Of a stretch of 64,000 nt of DNA, positions 1 to 8,085 are shown one piece after another (position 1 is the stretch's first letter; each line of letters begins with the position of its first letter). The stretch lies in the IMG/VR virus record IMGVR_UViG_3300012983_000002. One strand, given 5' to 3'. This stretch comes from a virus. Lineage: Duplodnaviria; Heunggongvirae; Uroviricota; Caudoviricetes. The translations under genes and the position numbers were made by a program. Below the pieces are notes generated by a model, which saw only the letters and a list, made by a program, of their open reading frames with translations, was not told where the DNA came from and ran no database searches.

Positions 1-1539
1 AATTCCAATAGAGTAAGAACCTATTCTCTTACCATTCTCGATCTCCTCCTGCCAGCCTACAAAACCTGCAGCAGCCTTGGTCATATTATCGCGGATAAGA
101 TAAAGACTCTCATGACCAGGGATATCCAGTCCGTATGGCCAATAAGAAGGATCTTCGTCGTAAATCTTCTTCATTATACCACGTGCTTCTTCTCTGGCAG
201 ACATATCAATGGCAGATGCCTGCTTAGTGAAAGGGTATGCGTTGCGCTGGTACAGCTCGATGGTATAAGGCAGTTCTGAAGCAGACTTATTCAGTGCATT
301 TCTGAGAGACTGTGCGGCCAGGCGGATGTTCTCTGGACCTGAACCTCCCATACCTACACTATTGTGTCTTTGTTCCATCGCAGGAGGGGGTGTATCTCCT
401 ACAGGTCTAGGGGTCTGCTTGTTAGCAGGAGGTGGAGGAGGAGCTCCCTGAGGACCTTGTGCTGGAGGAGGCGGTGCTGGAGCACTTGCGTACTTGCTAA
501 GATCTGCTGAATCGAATGCAGCGTCAGATGCAAGAGTATTAGCAAAAGATAATTTATTCTTATACTTATCAGGATCTTCTACCTGAGTAAGACGACGCTC
601 ATTCTGATAAGCAGCGTAACCGGGTACGAGATATTCCGCAAGTGGGGAGTGCTTATCGTGAATGTACTGCTCTGTGTCCTTACGGTTCCACATCAGATTC
701 GACAGAAGGCGTCCTAGAAGAATCGGTCCTAAACCGCCAATGGCTGCGCCGCCAAGGCTACCTAAGAGTGCGTTCTCAGGACTCACCACCCTGCTACCGA
801 TAGCGGATCCAATACCAGCTCCAGCTAGACCTGTTAGCATCTGTCCGGCACCTTCTGCCCACTCTCTAGTAGAGGCTTCCTTATTTAAATATTCTGGATC
901 GTACATAGTATTTTTATATTTTTCTTCCCACTCTTCTATTGGGATATTTTTTCCTGTCTCAGGATCTCTCTTCATAGAGTTAGCACGCACATTCTTTCTA
1001 GCCTGCACTCTAACTCCTCTATTAAGACCCTCCAGCAGAGAAGGACTCATCTGAGGCATGTCTATAGGAAGAACAACCTCAGCATCAGTACCAGGCTCTC
1101 CCTTCTTACCAGGAAGCTTGAGTTTGATTGATCCCATATCTGTCTTGGGATCTTTCTGTGTAAGATATTTACCGAGACCGATAGCACCCAGACCAAGAGC
1201 ACCAATACCAAGTCCTGCTAGCAGCTTATGGTTACTGTCTACCTGATCCAGAGTCTTGTTCAGCTTGTCTGGAGTATCCTGGAAGTTAAGAATGAGATCC
1301 TTAGCAGGAGCCAGGGATGCCATACCTGTAGCGCTGACGATATCCTTAGCTTTGCCGCTACCTCCTATGAATCCAGCGCCACCACCAATCATGGCATTGA
1401 GAATGGCGTTTCCGATGCGTTTCTTGTCGAAGCTTTCTGCTGAGAAATCATCATGCTGAAGGACATCCATACCTACAGGAAGTCCTAGAGCGCCAGCGAG
1501 AGCTGTAATTATTTTTGCTTTACTTGACTGCTTATTCAT
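1..1539 (-). CDS. hypothetical Gly/Ala/Pro-rich protein; the N-terminus lies at 1539 and the ORF runs off the window start (partial)
   Basis: Continuous minus-strand frame from an ATG at 1537-1539 (MNKQSSKAKIITALAGALGLPVGMD...) to the window edge. It has glycine-rich segments and a proline-rich linker (PAPPPPAQGPQGAPPPPP). The listed plus-strand ORFs 662-1459 are P/R-rich antisense artefacts. Confidence 0.5.
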   Translation of the reverse strand, partial: MNKQSSKAKIITALAGALGLPVGMDVLQHDDFSAESFDKKRIGNAILNAMIGGGAGFIGGSGKAKDIVSATGMASLAPAKDLILNFQDTPDKLNKTLDQVDSNHKLLAGLGIGALGLGAIGLGKYLTQKDPKTDMGSIKLKLPGKKGEPGTDAEVVLPIDMPQMSPSLLEGLNRGVRVQARKNVRANSMKRDPETGKNIPIEEWEEKYKNTMYDPEYLNKEASTREWAEGAGQMLTGLAGAGIGSAIGSRVVSPENALLGSLGGAAIGGLGPILLGRLLSNLMWNRKDTEQYIHDKHSPLAEYLVPGYAAYQNERRLTQVEDPDKYKNKLSFANTLASDAAFDSADLSKYASAPAPPPPAQGPQGAPPPPPANKQTPRPVGDTPPPAMEQRHNSVGMGGSGPENIRLAAQSLRNALNKSASELPYTIELYQRNAYPFTKQASAIDMSAREEARGIMKKIYDEDPSYWPYGLDIPGHESLYLIRDNMTKAAAGFVGWQEEIENGKRIGSYSIGI

Positions 1540-1661
1540 TACACGATTGCCTCTAATTTAATCTCAGGAAAGCCTGCTTCAGCGGTAAAAGTGATAGCTT
1601 CGCTAGGAACTACAACTACAGAAAAAGACGAGGAAGGAGTTACTAAAATCATAATTATAGT

Positions 1662-2279
1662 TTAATTTGAAAGATCACTACCAGCAAGCTTAGTAGGATC
1701 TACTCCTATCATGTACAACTGTTTTGCCAGCTGAGCAGTATTCTCACTAATAACTCTCTCAAAGTAAGGTTCATCAAAAGCTTCATCAAGCTCATCCACA
1801 TCATCCGGAACCTCTTCCAGGTCTTCCGCTACGCTGGCTATCATATCTCCAACATAGCTCATTACGGACGGAGAGAACATCGATTGAAACTCCTCTGACT
1901 CCTTAGGCTCTCCGATAAGTAATGATACTTCTTGTACAGCCCAGAGCATATCACCTACATCAGGAGTCTCTAGAATACCTTCAGGAATATCTCCAATGTC
2001 ACCTTCCGCAAATGCCAGGGTGATAGCGTTGAACATGTTCACATTAGTAAAGAACAGATCTGTGGTCATAGCAGTAATAGCTGCATTAATTCTGTTCTCA
2101 GACTCCTCAGAAAGATGACAATCGAAATAATCCTCAATATCAGCAAACAGGATAGAGCTGTCTTCGGTGAATAAATCATCACCGAAGACAGGAAGAAGAA
2201 TTGTCATCAACACAAAAGCATAAGTATCGTCGCTTGCAAGAAGTTTAGCTGCTTCTGATTTTTTAAACGGATAGGCCAT
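1662..2279 (-). CDS. highly acidic hypothetical protein (205 aa)
   Basis: Complete ORF with strong D/E excess (EDLEEVPDDVDELDEAFDEPYFE). No recognisable catalytic motif. Confidence 0.5.
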   Translation of the reverse strand: MAYPFKKSEAAKLLASDDTYAFVLMTILLPVFGDDLFTEDSSILFADIEDYFDCHLSEESENRINAAITAMTTDLFFTNVNMFNAITLAFAEGDIGDIPEGILETPDVGDMLWAVQEVSLLIGEPKESEEFQSMFSPSVMSYVGDMIASVAEDLEEVPDDVDELDEAFDEPYFERVISENTAQLAKQLYMIGVDPTKLAGSDLSN

Positions 2280-2306
2280 AGTTGTATTATACAGAAATAC
2301 CCGGTA

Positions 2307-4259
2307 TTAGTTAAGGGCTCCCTTATCTCCTGGCTTGATGATATGGGCCATGATCCAGTCTCTGAACTCAGGTCTTCCCTCCTTCTCCAGCGCTTCCCAC
2401 TTCTTATACGAATCATAGTGAACCATTATTCCACTCGAAGGTTCGTATGTATACCTGTTCCCTGATCTACAGAACGTAAATCCTGTAACGAAGTTATTAT
2501 CATACGTCAGCTCCCTGATAGGCTGTGCTGCAGATATCTCTGGTGAGCACCACTTTGTATTCATAGGAATATACATACCAACCTCAGCTCCTGGAGAGTC
2601 GGTTACGATGGCTACGTCCATACCTTTGTATTTGCTGAAACTCTCACGAACTGTAGATAACATATCTCCTCCTGCAACACTCTCTAGGGTATCAAATACA
2701 CGTACATAGTACTCGGCAGCTCCAGGGCCGGCTGTAGCGGCAAATGCTCCGAAATTAGATTTACCTGTAGCGTGAGCTGATCCTTCGTAATTAAGAACAG
2801 AGAATACAGAGTTATTGCGTCCAGATAAGATAGACATAAATCTCCAATACTCGTATCTATTCAGTCCTAGTTTACTATGACTGAGTGTTCTCATAGGTAT
2901 AGCATCAGAGGCCTTACCTGATGTTGTATATACTGTATTGTTCGAAGCTAGTCTTATAATGTGATCTATCATCACTGCAGGGAATACTAATGTATTCTCA
3001 CATGCTCCTGTTTTATCATAGCGCACAATAGACCTGTCCTGGGACTCGTCTCGCATACACACAGCAACACCCATAGAAATACCACTTAACGTAGAGCATA
3101 TATCTGATGGAAGTCTATCGTGGTAAGACATTGTAGATGCTAGATACAACGGATCATAGAAGTCATCATCGTCCATCTTCAGGTAAAAATCATAACCTTC
3201 GGGTACTTCAATGAAATTAATCACCTGAGATCTATTAGGAAGAGATGTGACCTTATGATGTACTGAGGTCAGCTCCAGATCAGCTCTGGTTTTAATAATA
3301 TCGTATGTAATCTTGTCACATCCTCGTACAACTATATGTACAGCAAGTCTGGAAGTATCCTTTACGTAACGCAACTGATCCTTTAAAGAAATTATCTGGC
3401 TTAGAAGTTGCATAGGACGGTTATAGCTAGACAACTGTATGCAATACCTGTAACCGTCTACCTTCTTCTTATGACCTCCTGCACGTACAAAGGCGTTAAA
3501 TGACAGTGTGCGTACCTTTAGCTTACCTGTAGCGGCAGCATATTCGAGAGCAGTATCTACTGGCATCCTGGTAGTACGGAACAGCTCTGACACTTTTCTT
3601 CTGGAATCATTAGATACAAACATAGCGTAAGTACCATCACAATAAGGACTAAGTCTGGTTCTCTCCTTACCAGCAGGCAGCTCTTCACTGACATTATCAG
3701 GAAGCTCTGTTATACACTCCTTGTCGTAGTCAAGATCTTCCAATTTATATCTATCATATGTATGTGTGTGAAATAGTCTTATTACGTCTGTATCCGGGTA
3801 TTCTGTGACTACTTTCTTAATAGCCCTATATAACAGCTTAGCGTCTACCATAGGTACAGCCCTACGCTCACATACGATATTGCCTTTTAAATCATTCTTG
3901 CAGATATGCATAATATCAAGAGCAAGCATCCAAGACATACGCAGGGAACGGATCTTTTCTTTTAATCCGTAAGCCTCTCCGTAATGCAGTTCTTCCGGTA
4001 TATAATTACCACCATCGTCAGAGTCATTAAGTAAAGACGCATCTGACCTCTCTGTGTATGGTATAGTAGGTACTAGTATAGGTTCGTACTGCAGCTGCTT
4101 ATACATGAACACCTGCTCCAGACGTTCTCCTTCGCTTACTAATATAGTTACAGGAAGCCTAGGTTCCTTGGCTTTCTTCTGTACTTCTACAAAACTATCT
4201 AATGTATTGAGGTATTCTTTCGCTGTATATAAGTTTGGCATGTAGTAATAATACCACAT
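2307..4259 (-). CDS. hypothetical protein (650 aa), possible virion/morphogenesis protein
   Basis: Long uninterrupted ORF tightly packed with neighbours. No diagnostic motif recognised. Confidence 0.55.
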   Translation of the reverse strand: MWYYYYMPNLYTAKEYLNTLDSFVEVQKKAKEPRLPVTILVSEGERLEQVFMYKQLQYEPILVPTIPYTERSDASLLNDSDDGGNYIPEELHYGEAYGLKEKIRSLRMSWMLALDIMHICKNDLKGNIVCERRAVPMVDAKLLYRAIKKVVTEYPDTDVIRLFHTHTYDRYKLEDLDYDKECITELPDNVSEELPAGKERTRLSPYCDGTYAMFVSNDSRRKVSELFRTTRMPVDTALEYAAATGKLKVRTLSFNAFVRAGGHKKKVDGYRYCIQLSSYNRPMQLLSQIISLKDQLRYVKDTSRLAVHIVVRGCDKITYDIIKTRADLELTSVHHKVTSLPNRSQVINFIEVPEGYDFYLKMDDDDFYDPLYLASTMSYHDRLPSDICSTLSGISMGVAVCMRDESQDRSIVRYDKTGACENTLVFPAVMIDHIIRLASNNTVYTTSGKASDAIPMRTLSHSKLGLNRYEYWRFMSILSGRNNSVFSVLNYEGSAHATGKSNFGAFAATAGPGAAEYYVRVFDTLESVAGGDMLSTVRESFSKYKGMDVAIVTDSPGAEVGMYIPMNTKWCSPEISAAQPIRELTYDNNFVTGFTFCRSGNRYTYEPSSGIMVHYDSYKKWEALEKEGRPEFRDWIMAHIIKPGDKGALN

Positions 4260-4299
4260 ACCATTAACTTTTCTACAACTATGACAAAGAAATCATAGT

Positions 4300-5649
4300 T
4301 TATGGGAGGTGACTAGATCTATTAAATATATCGTGGTTATAGTTTGCATACAGCTGTCTGAGCATTTCCTTCTCAACATCACCGGCGCCTACCAGATTAT
4401 CTATACGTGCCATACCATCCGCATTAGCATTAAGATTCCATCTTGCTAATCTACTAGCATCCACAGATCCACCTGGGCCTCCTTTCAGCATACGGTATCC
4501 GTCCGCTAAGGCTTCCTGCATGAGTTTAGGATTGTCCCATGGAATATTAAGACCATTTTTCACACCAACATTCCTTAAACGTTGTGCAAGATCTCCGACT
4601 ACAGCAGCATGCTCTTCTGGAGTCATTTTGTGAAGCGCTGCATGAGAACTCTCATGAGCATTCATATGTGCGTAACCTTTAGTCTTAGGACTGACCATAG
4701 TGACACCAGCTCCAGGAAGATAGCCAGCCTGACCTCCTCGTTCTATTAAATCTACGTAGGCGTCATCCCTTCCAATTACCTTATTAACGAGTCCTCTGAG
4801 CCTAGGATTATTACTAGAACGCAAGCGAGTATACAAAGCATTGGCCCTGGTACCTGGTTCTAATATGTTTTGCCCGTCCAATCTGGATAATGTTGTCTTT
4901 ATAGAGCGTGGCGTTTTTTCGAGTAAACCTTGGGAGTCTATATAAGTAAACGCATCTCCAGGTGCATGCTGTATGTCGTTTGCTGCAACTCTGGTAATCT
5001 TATTGTTCCTGGCAGCTCTCCATGTTCCTCCGTTATCGTATGGGAGAGATCTCATAGCTCCAACCATACGACGCATATAATCCATGCTAGGTAGCTGCTC
5101 GTCTTTTTTACCACCGCGCATGGCTTTAGCTGCAGAAGCTGATCCCGGGTTAGTTGGTCGACTAGGGAATAAGTTAAAATAGTAGTCGTGAACAAGATCT
5201 CCCTCGTTCAAAGGGGTATTCGTAGCACGGTGCATTGCTATAAGATCATCCCTGCTTACGACGTTGTGAGAATCTGTAGCTCTAGCAGGGAAAAGAGATC
5301 TTTTAACATCTCTCCAGTGCGCGCCGTCAAGCTGATAGCTACTGCGCAAATCCTTAGCGTCAGTCGTACCTTTAAGCCAGTTACTGTTCTGGTATCTCCC
5401 TTTAGATCTTATCGTAGGAGCATCTCCAAATACAGATTTAAGTCTGGGCTGTATCAGCGTGGCGTAACCATCCTCATACGCGATGCCTCTCTTTTTCGAG
5501 GCGATATTATCTATCTCACTACGAATGCGATCGTACCTGGCATTTCCGAGTTTCTTTCGTGCGAGATTTTCTGGCAAGGACGCTACAATATAACGCATCC
5601 TTGCAGCCGATACAGCTTGTTTAGTAATACCTACATCACTATCTCTCAT
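4300..5649 (-). CDS. hypothetical protein (449 aa)
   Basis: Long ORF in the same orientation as its neighbours. No motif recognised. Confidence 0.55.
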   Translation of the reverse strand: MRDSDVGITKQAVSAARMRYIVASLPENLARKKLGNARYDRIRSEIDNIASKKRGIAYEDGYATLIQPRLKSVFGDAPTIRSKGRYQNSNWLKGTTDAKDLRSSYQLDGAHWRDVKRSLFPARATDSHNVVSRDDLIAMHRATNTPLNEGDLVHDYYFNLFPSRPTNPGSASAAKAMRGGKKDEQLPSMDYMRRMVGAMRSLPYDNGGTWRAARNNKITRVAANDIQHAPGDAFTYIDSQGLLEKTPRSIKTTLSRLDGQNILEPGTRANALYTRLRSSNNPRLRGLVNKVIGRDDAYVDLIERGGQAGYLPGAGVTMVSPKTKGYAHMNAHESSHAALHKMTPEEHAAVVGDLAQRLRNVGVKNGLNIPWDNPKLMQEALADGYRMLKGGPGGSVDASRLARWNLNANADGMARIDNLVGAGDVEKEMLRQLYANYNHDIFNRSSHLP

Positions 5650-5740
5650 AAATGAAAGTATACAGTAATTACCACTTATACAAAAGAGAGGATACGTTTC
5701 CCAACGTACCCTCTCTGTAATAAATTATGAGATTAAACCT

Positions 5741-5929
5741 TTACTTCTTATACGGATCTACTGGGATGATGGTCCAGCTAGCATTGATGGAGCCATCGGC
5801 AGACTGAGAATAAGAAGCTGTACACCCTGTAAGAGTAGCAAGAAGAGCTACTGTAACAGAAGCTGACACTGCAAAGCTTATAGTAAACCTTAGTACTCCT
5901 GCAAGTATTTTCTTTGTTTTATTTGTCAT
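5741..5929 (-). CDS. small putative lipoprotein
   Basis: N-terminal hydrophobic signal followed by a lipobox-like LTGC (…ALLATLTGCTASYS…). Confidence 0.4.
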   Translation of the reverse strand: MTNKTKKILAGVLRFTISFAVSASVTVALLATLTGCTASYSQSADGSINASWTIIPVDPYKK

Positions 5930-5934
5930 AATGT

Positions 5935-6543
5935 TTATGCGTGATGAGAGTTGATATAATCTTCCAGAGCAATATTTACTTCTTCCTCAGTCTTCGCTGC
6001 ATCGATAGCAGCCCAACATACCTGCTTTCCTTGCTGTAAGGCAGTCTCGTGAGCTGCCAAATCTGCGTAAATTTTCTGAATATCCTCAGTAGATAGAGGA
6101 GCTACCGTCTGACCGTCGGCAAATTCATAATAAGTCAAGCCTCCCATCAACAGACCAGCAAGAAGATAAATATTATCCTTCTCAGTGTGCATCACAGCAT
6201 ATCCTTCCCTATAGCTAGGAACATCTACTCTGTGTGTATGCTTGCGAACGTAATCGAGATGTGCCTGTGCTTTATCCTTAGCGGCCTGGCGACACTCCGA
6301 TGTTACATAACCGTAATACGCCTCCGGATCTGCCAGAATAGCATCTTTATCGAGCACGTCTGTCTTCTCCCAGAAAATATACTGGTCGCCTTCCCAACTC
6401 TTGCGAGGAGTTTCTTCTTCGCCAGATGGCTCTTCCTGGTGCTCGGTAACGTTAATAGTAATAGTAACCTGAGTACTACCATTAAAATCGTAGAATACTA
6501 CAGGTGCCGGCTCTTCTGAAAAATTAGCGTGCTGCTTGCGCAT
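5935..6543 (-). CDS. hypothetical protein (202 aa), immediately downstream of the DGR RT with a 20-bp overlap
   Basis: ORF overlaps the RT stop, suggesting translational coupling. Its acidic N-terminus makes it unlikely to be Avd. Confidence 0.5.
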   Translation of the reverse strand: MRKQHANFSEEPAPVVFYDFNGSTQVTITINVTEHQEEPSGEEETPRKSWEGDQYIFWEKTDVLDKDAILADPEAYYGYVTSECRQAAKDKAQAHLDYVRKHTHRVDVPSYREGYAVMHTEKDNIYLLAGLLMGGLTYYEFADGQTVAPLSTEDIQKIYADLAAHETALQQGKQVCWAAIDAAKTEEEVNIALEDYINSHHA

Positions 6544-7669
6544 AATGAGAAATAATGTTTGATGCTCTACTGAACGATTTTATAGCATTAAGAGCTCTTT
6601 GTACATACCTTGTCGCAGCCGAATCCATGTATCCTTTATACGACATAAGTCTAAGGGACTGTCTTAACGACATAACGCCTCCCTTAACTTTAATAAGTAG
6701 CTTTCTTGCCTTTCTGAATATATGCTTGCGCAGCGTAACCAATCCTCCTGGAGATACTCGGAAACCCATCATGTCTACTGGGTGTCGTTTAGTAATTCTA
6801 TGAATCTGCCACGAAGGTTTTATCATTAGGTGTAATACAGAGGCCGCTCTCTTGGTAATAGCTTTTATCGCTTTGCACAGACTCCTTTTATTTGTACCTA
6901 TAAATAGCATGTCGTCCATGTAGAACAGAGTACGCTTTACCTGGTTATTACGCTTACAGGATCTCTTAGTAACACACTCCTCCTTTGCGAAGTGATAAAG
7001 ATCAGACAAATATATGTTAGCTAACGTCTGGCTAAGAAAACTACCGATAGCCATGCCCCTTGGTACAGAATACACTAGCTCACGTATAAGCCACATTAAG
7101 CGATCATTGCATATTCTTTTCTCCAACCAAGCCATCATGCAATCCCTATCCACAGAACCATAAAAGTCCTTGATATCTAATTTAGTAGCGTATAGCTTAT
7201 GATCCGAACTCAGCCACTTCTTTATAAACTTGATACCATAATGAGCACCGCGTCCTTTGATACTACTGACTTGAGTTACACCTATGCGCTTACATACCTC
7301 ATCAAGAGCCAGAACAGCTATATGATCAAACATAAGCTGTCTTATACCTAATACAGATATCTTTCTAGACTTGCCGCTTCCTGGATCTATTCTTATTACT
7401 TGCTTGGGTGTGGGTAGGCCTAAATCCTCACCAGACAATAAAGTATCCTGTAGATCCTTGGCTATAGAAAAACAAGCATCAAAGTACTGCTCGCCTCTAT
7501 GCTTAAGAATGCGAGCTACTTCTTTTCGCGAACAATTTGGTAGATATTTCTTAAACAGATGTACCGTATCGTGTCGCCGCCTTTTTCTGCTAGGCGCAAA
7601 ACACTGAAGCACTGCTCTGAGAATAAGGTCCCCATCGCAAATATCTACATTCTTACACTTACGTTTCAT
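6524..7669 (-). CDS. reverse transcriptase, diversity-generating retroelement type
   Basis: Catalytic motif FYMDDMLFIG (YxDD). The upstream motif GMAIGSFLSQTLANIYL carries the IGxxxSQ signature typical of DGR RTs rather than the QGxxxSP of group II intron RTs. It is adjacent to the TR and two VR-bearing genes. Confidence 0.85.
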   Translation of the reverse strand: MKRKCKNVDICDGDLILRAVLQCFAPSRKRRRHDTVHLFKKYLPNCSRKEVARILKHRGEQYFDACFSIAKDLQDTLLSGEDLGLPTPKQVIRIDPGSGKSRKISVLGIRQLMFDHIAVLALDEVCKRIGVTQVSSIKGRGAHYGIKFIKKWLSSDHKLYATKLDIKDFYGSVDRDCMMAWLEKRICNDRLMWLIRELVYSVPRGMAIGSFLSQTLANIYLSDLYHFAKEECVTKRSCKRNNQVKRTLFYMDDMLFIGTNKRSLCKAIKAITKRAASVLHLMIKPSWQIHRITKRHPVDMMGFRVSPGGLVTLRKHIFRKARKLLIKVKGGVMSLRQSLRLMSYKGYMDSAATRYVQRALNAIKSFSRASNIISHYAQAAR

Positions 7670-7860
7670 TCGTTAGTGATTTTGACCTTCAGAGCTTTTC
7701 GCCTGAGCTACTAACCTCTGTGTCCATTGGTCATTTGTATTTTGACTCCGTTCGGAGGGAGGCTGTGACTTTTAATGTTACAGGCGGAAAGAATAAATCT
7801 TTCCCGCGATATGACTCCATAAATTACAGGACAAGTCCTGCAAAACTATTTGCAAAATTG
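7670..7860 (-). ncRNA. DGR spacer RNA region between TR and RT start, with predicted hairpins
   Basis: Non-coding 190 bp between the TR and the RT ATG. It contains short stems (ctccgttcggag; caggacaagtcctg). By analogy with the Bordetella DGR, the TR-adjacent RNA primes cDNA synthesis. Confidence 0.45.
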
Positions 7861-7959
7861 CGGGCGCAGATGTTCCAGTTCGCGTTCCCAAGACCGTTGT
7901 TGAGGTTCAAGTAAGCAGATCCAGCGTTCGTACCGTTGTTCAGGTTACCGCCAGAAAGG
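7861..7959 (-). repeat. DGR template repeat (TR), about 99 bp
   Basis: About 99 bp homologous to the 3' ends of ORFs 8079..10292 and 10403..12640. Every mismatch falls on a plus-strand T (template-strand A). The TR read in the target frame contains about 10 AAC codons. Confidence 0.85.
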
Positions 7960-8026
7960 AACAATCGCTTCGAAATCATATCCCTAAAATTTTCTATATC
8001 CTATTAGTAACTACAAGTGGATCCTC

Positions 8027-8085
8027 TCGAGGGGTAGGAGCTCTGCCCCTCCCCCTCGAACTCCCCCACCCCGATGGACTAATCA
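8027..8085 (-). promoter_or_regulatory. IMH-like GC-rich element plus hairpin downstream of VR2
   Basis: This 59-bp flank is identical to 10351..10409. The minus-strand reading gtgattagtccatcggggtgggggagttcgagggggaggggcagagctcctacccctcgag contains a 9-bp stem ctcgagggg/cccctcgag. It is absent at the TR flank. Confidence 0.6.

Noticed and set aside
662-1459. Plus-strand ORFs with Pro/Arg-rich translations (662..1054, 1058..1246, 1228..1443, 1256..1459)
   Set aside because: They lie antisense to a long continuous minus-strand ORF (1..1539) with a sensible protein-like translation. The composition is typical of reverse-frame artefacts.
7720-7914. Plus-strand 64-aa ORF overlapping the DGR spacer and TR
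   Set aside because: It lies antisense to the TR/spacer transcript, has no context support, and the TR must remain non-coding template RNA. It is likely spurious.
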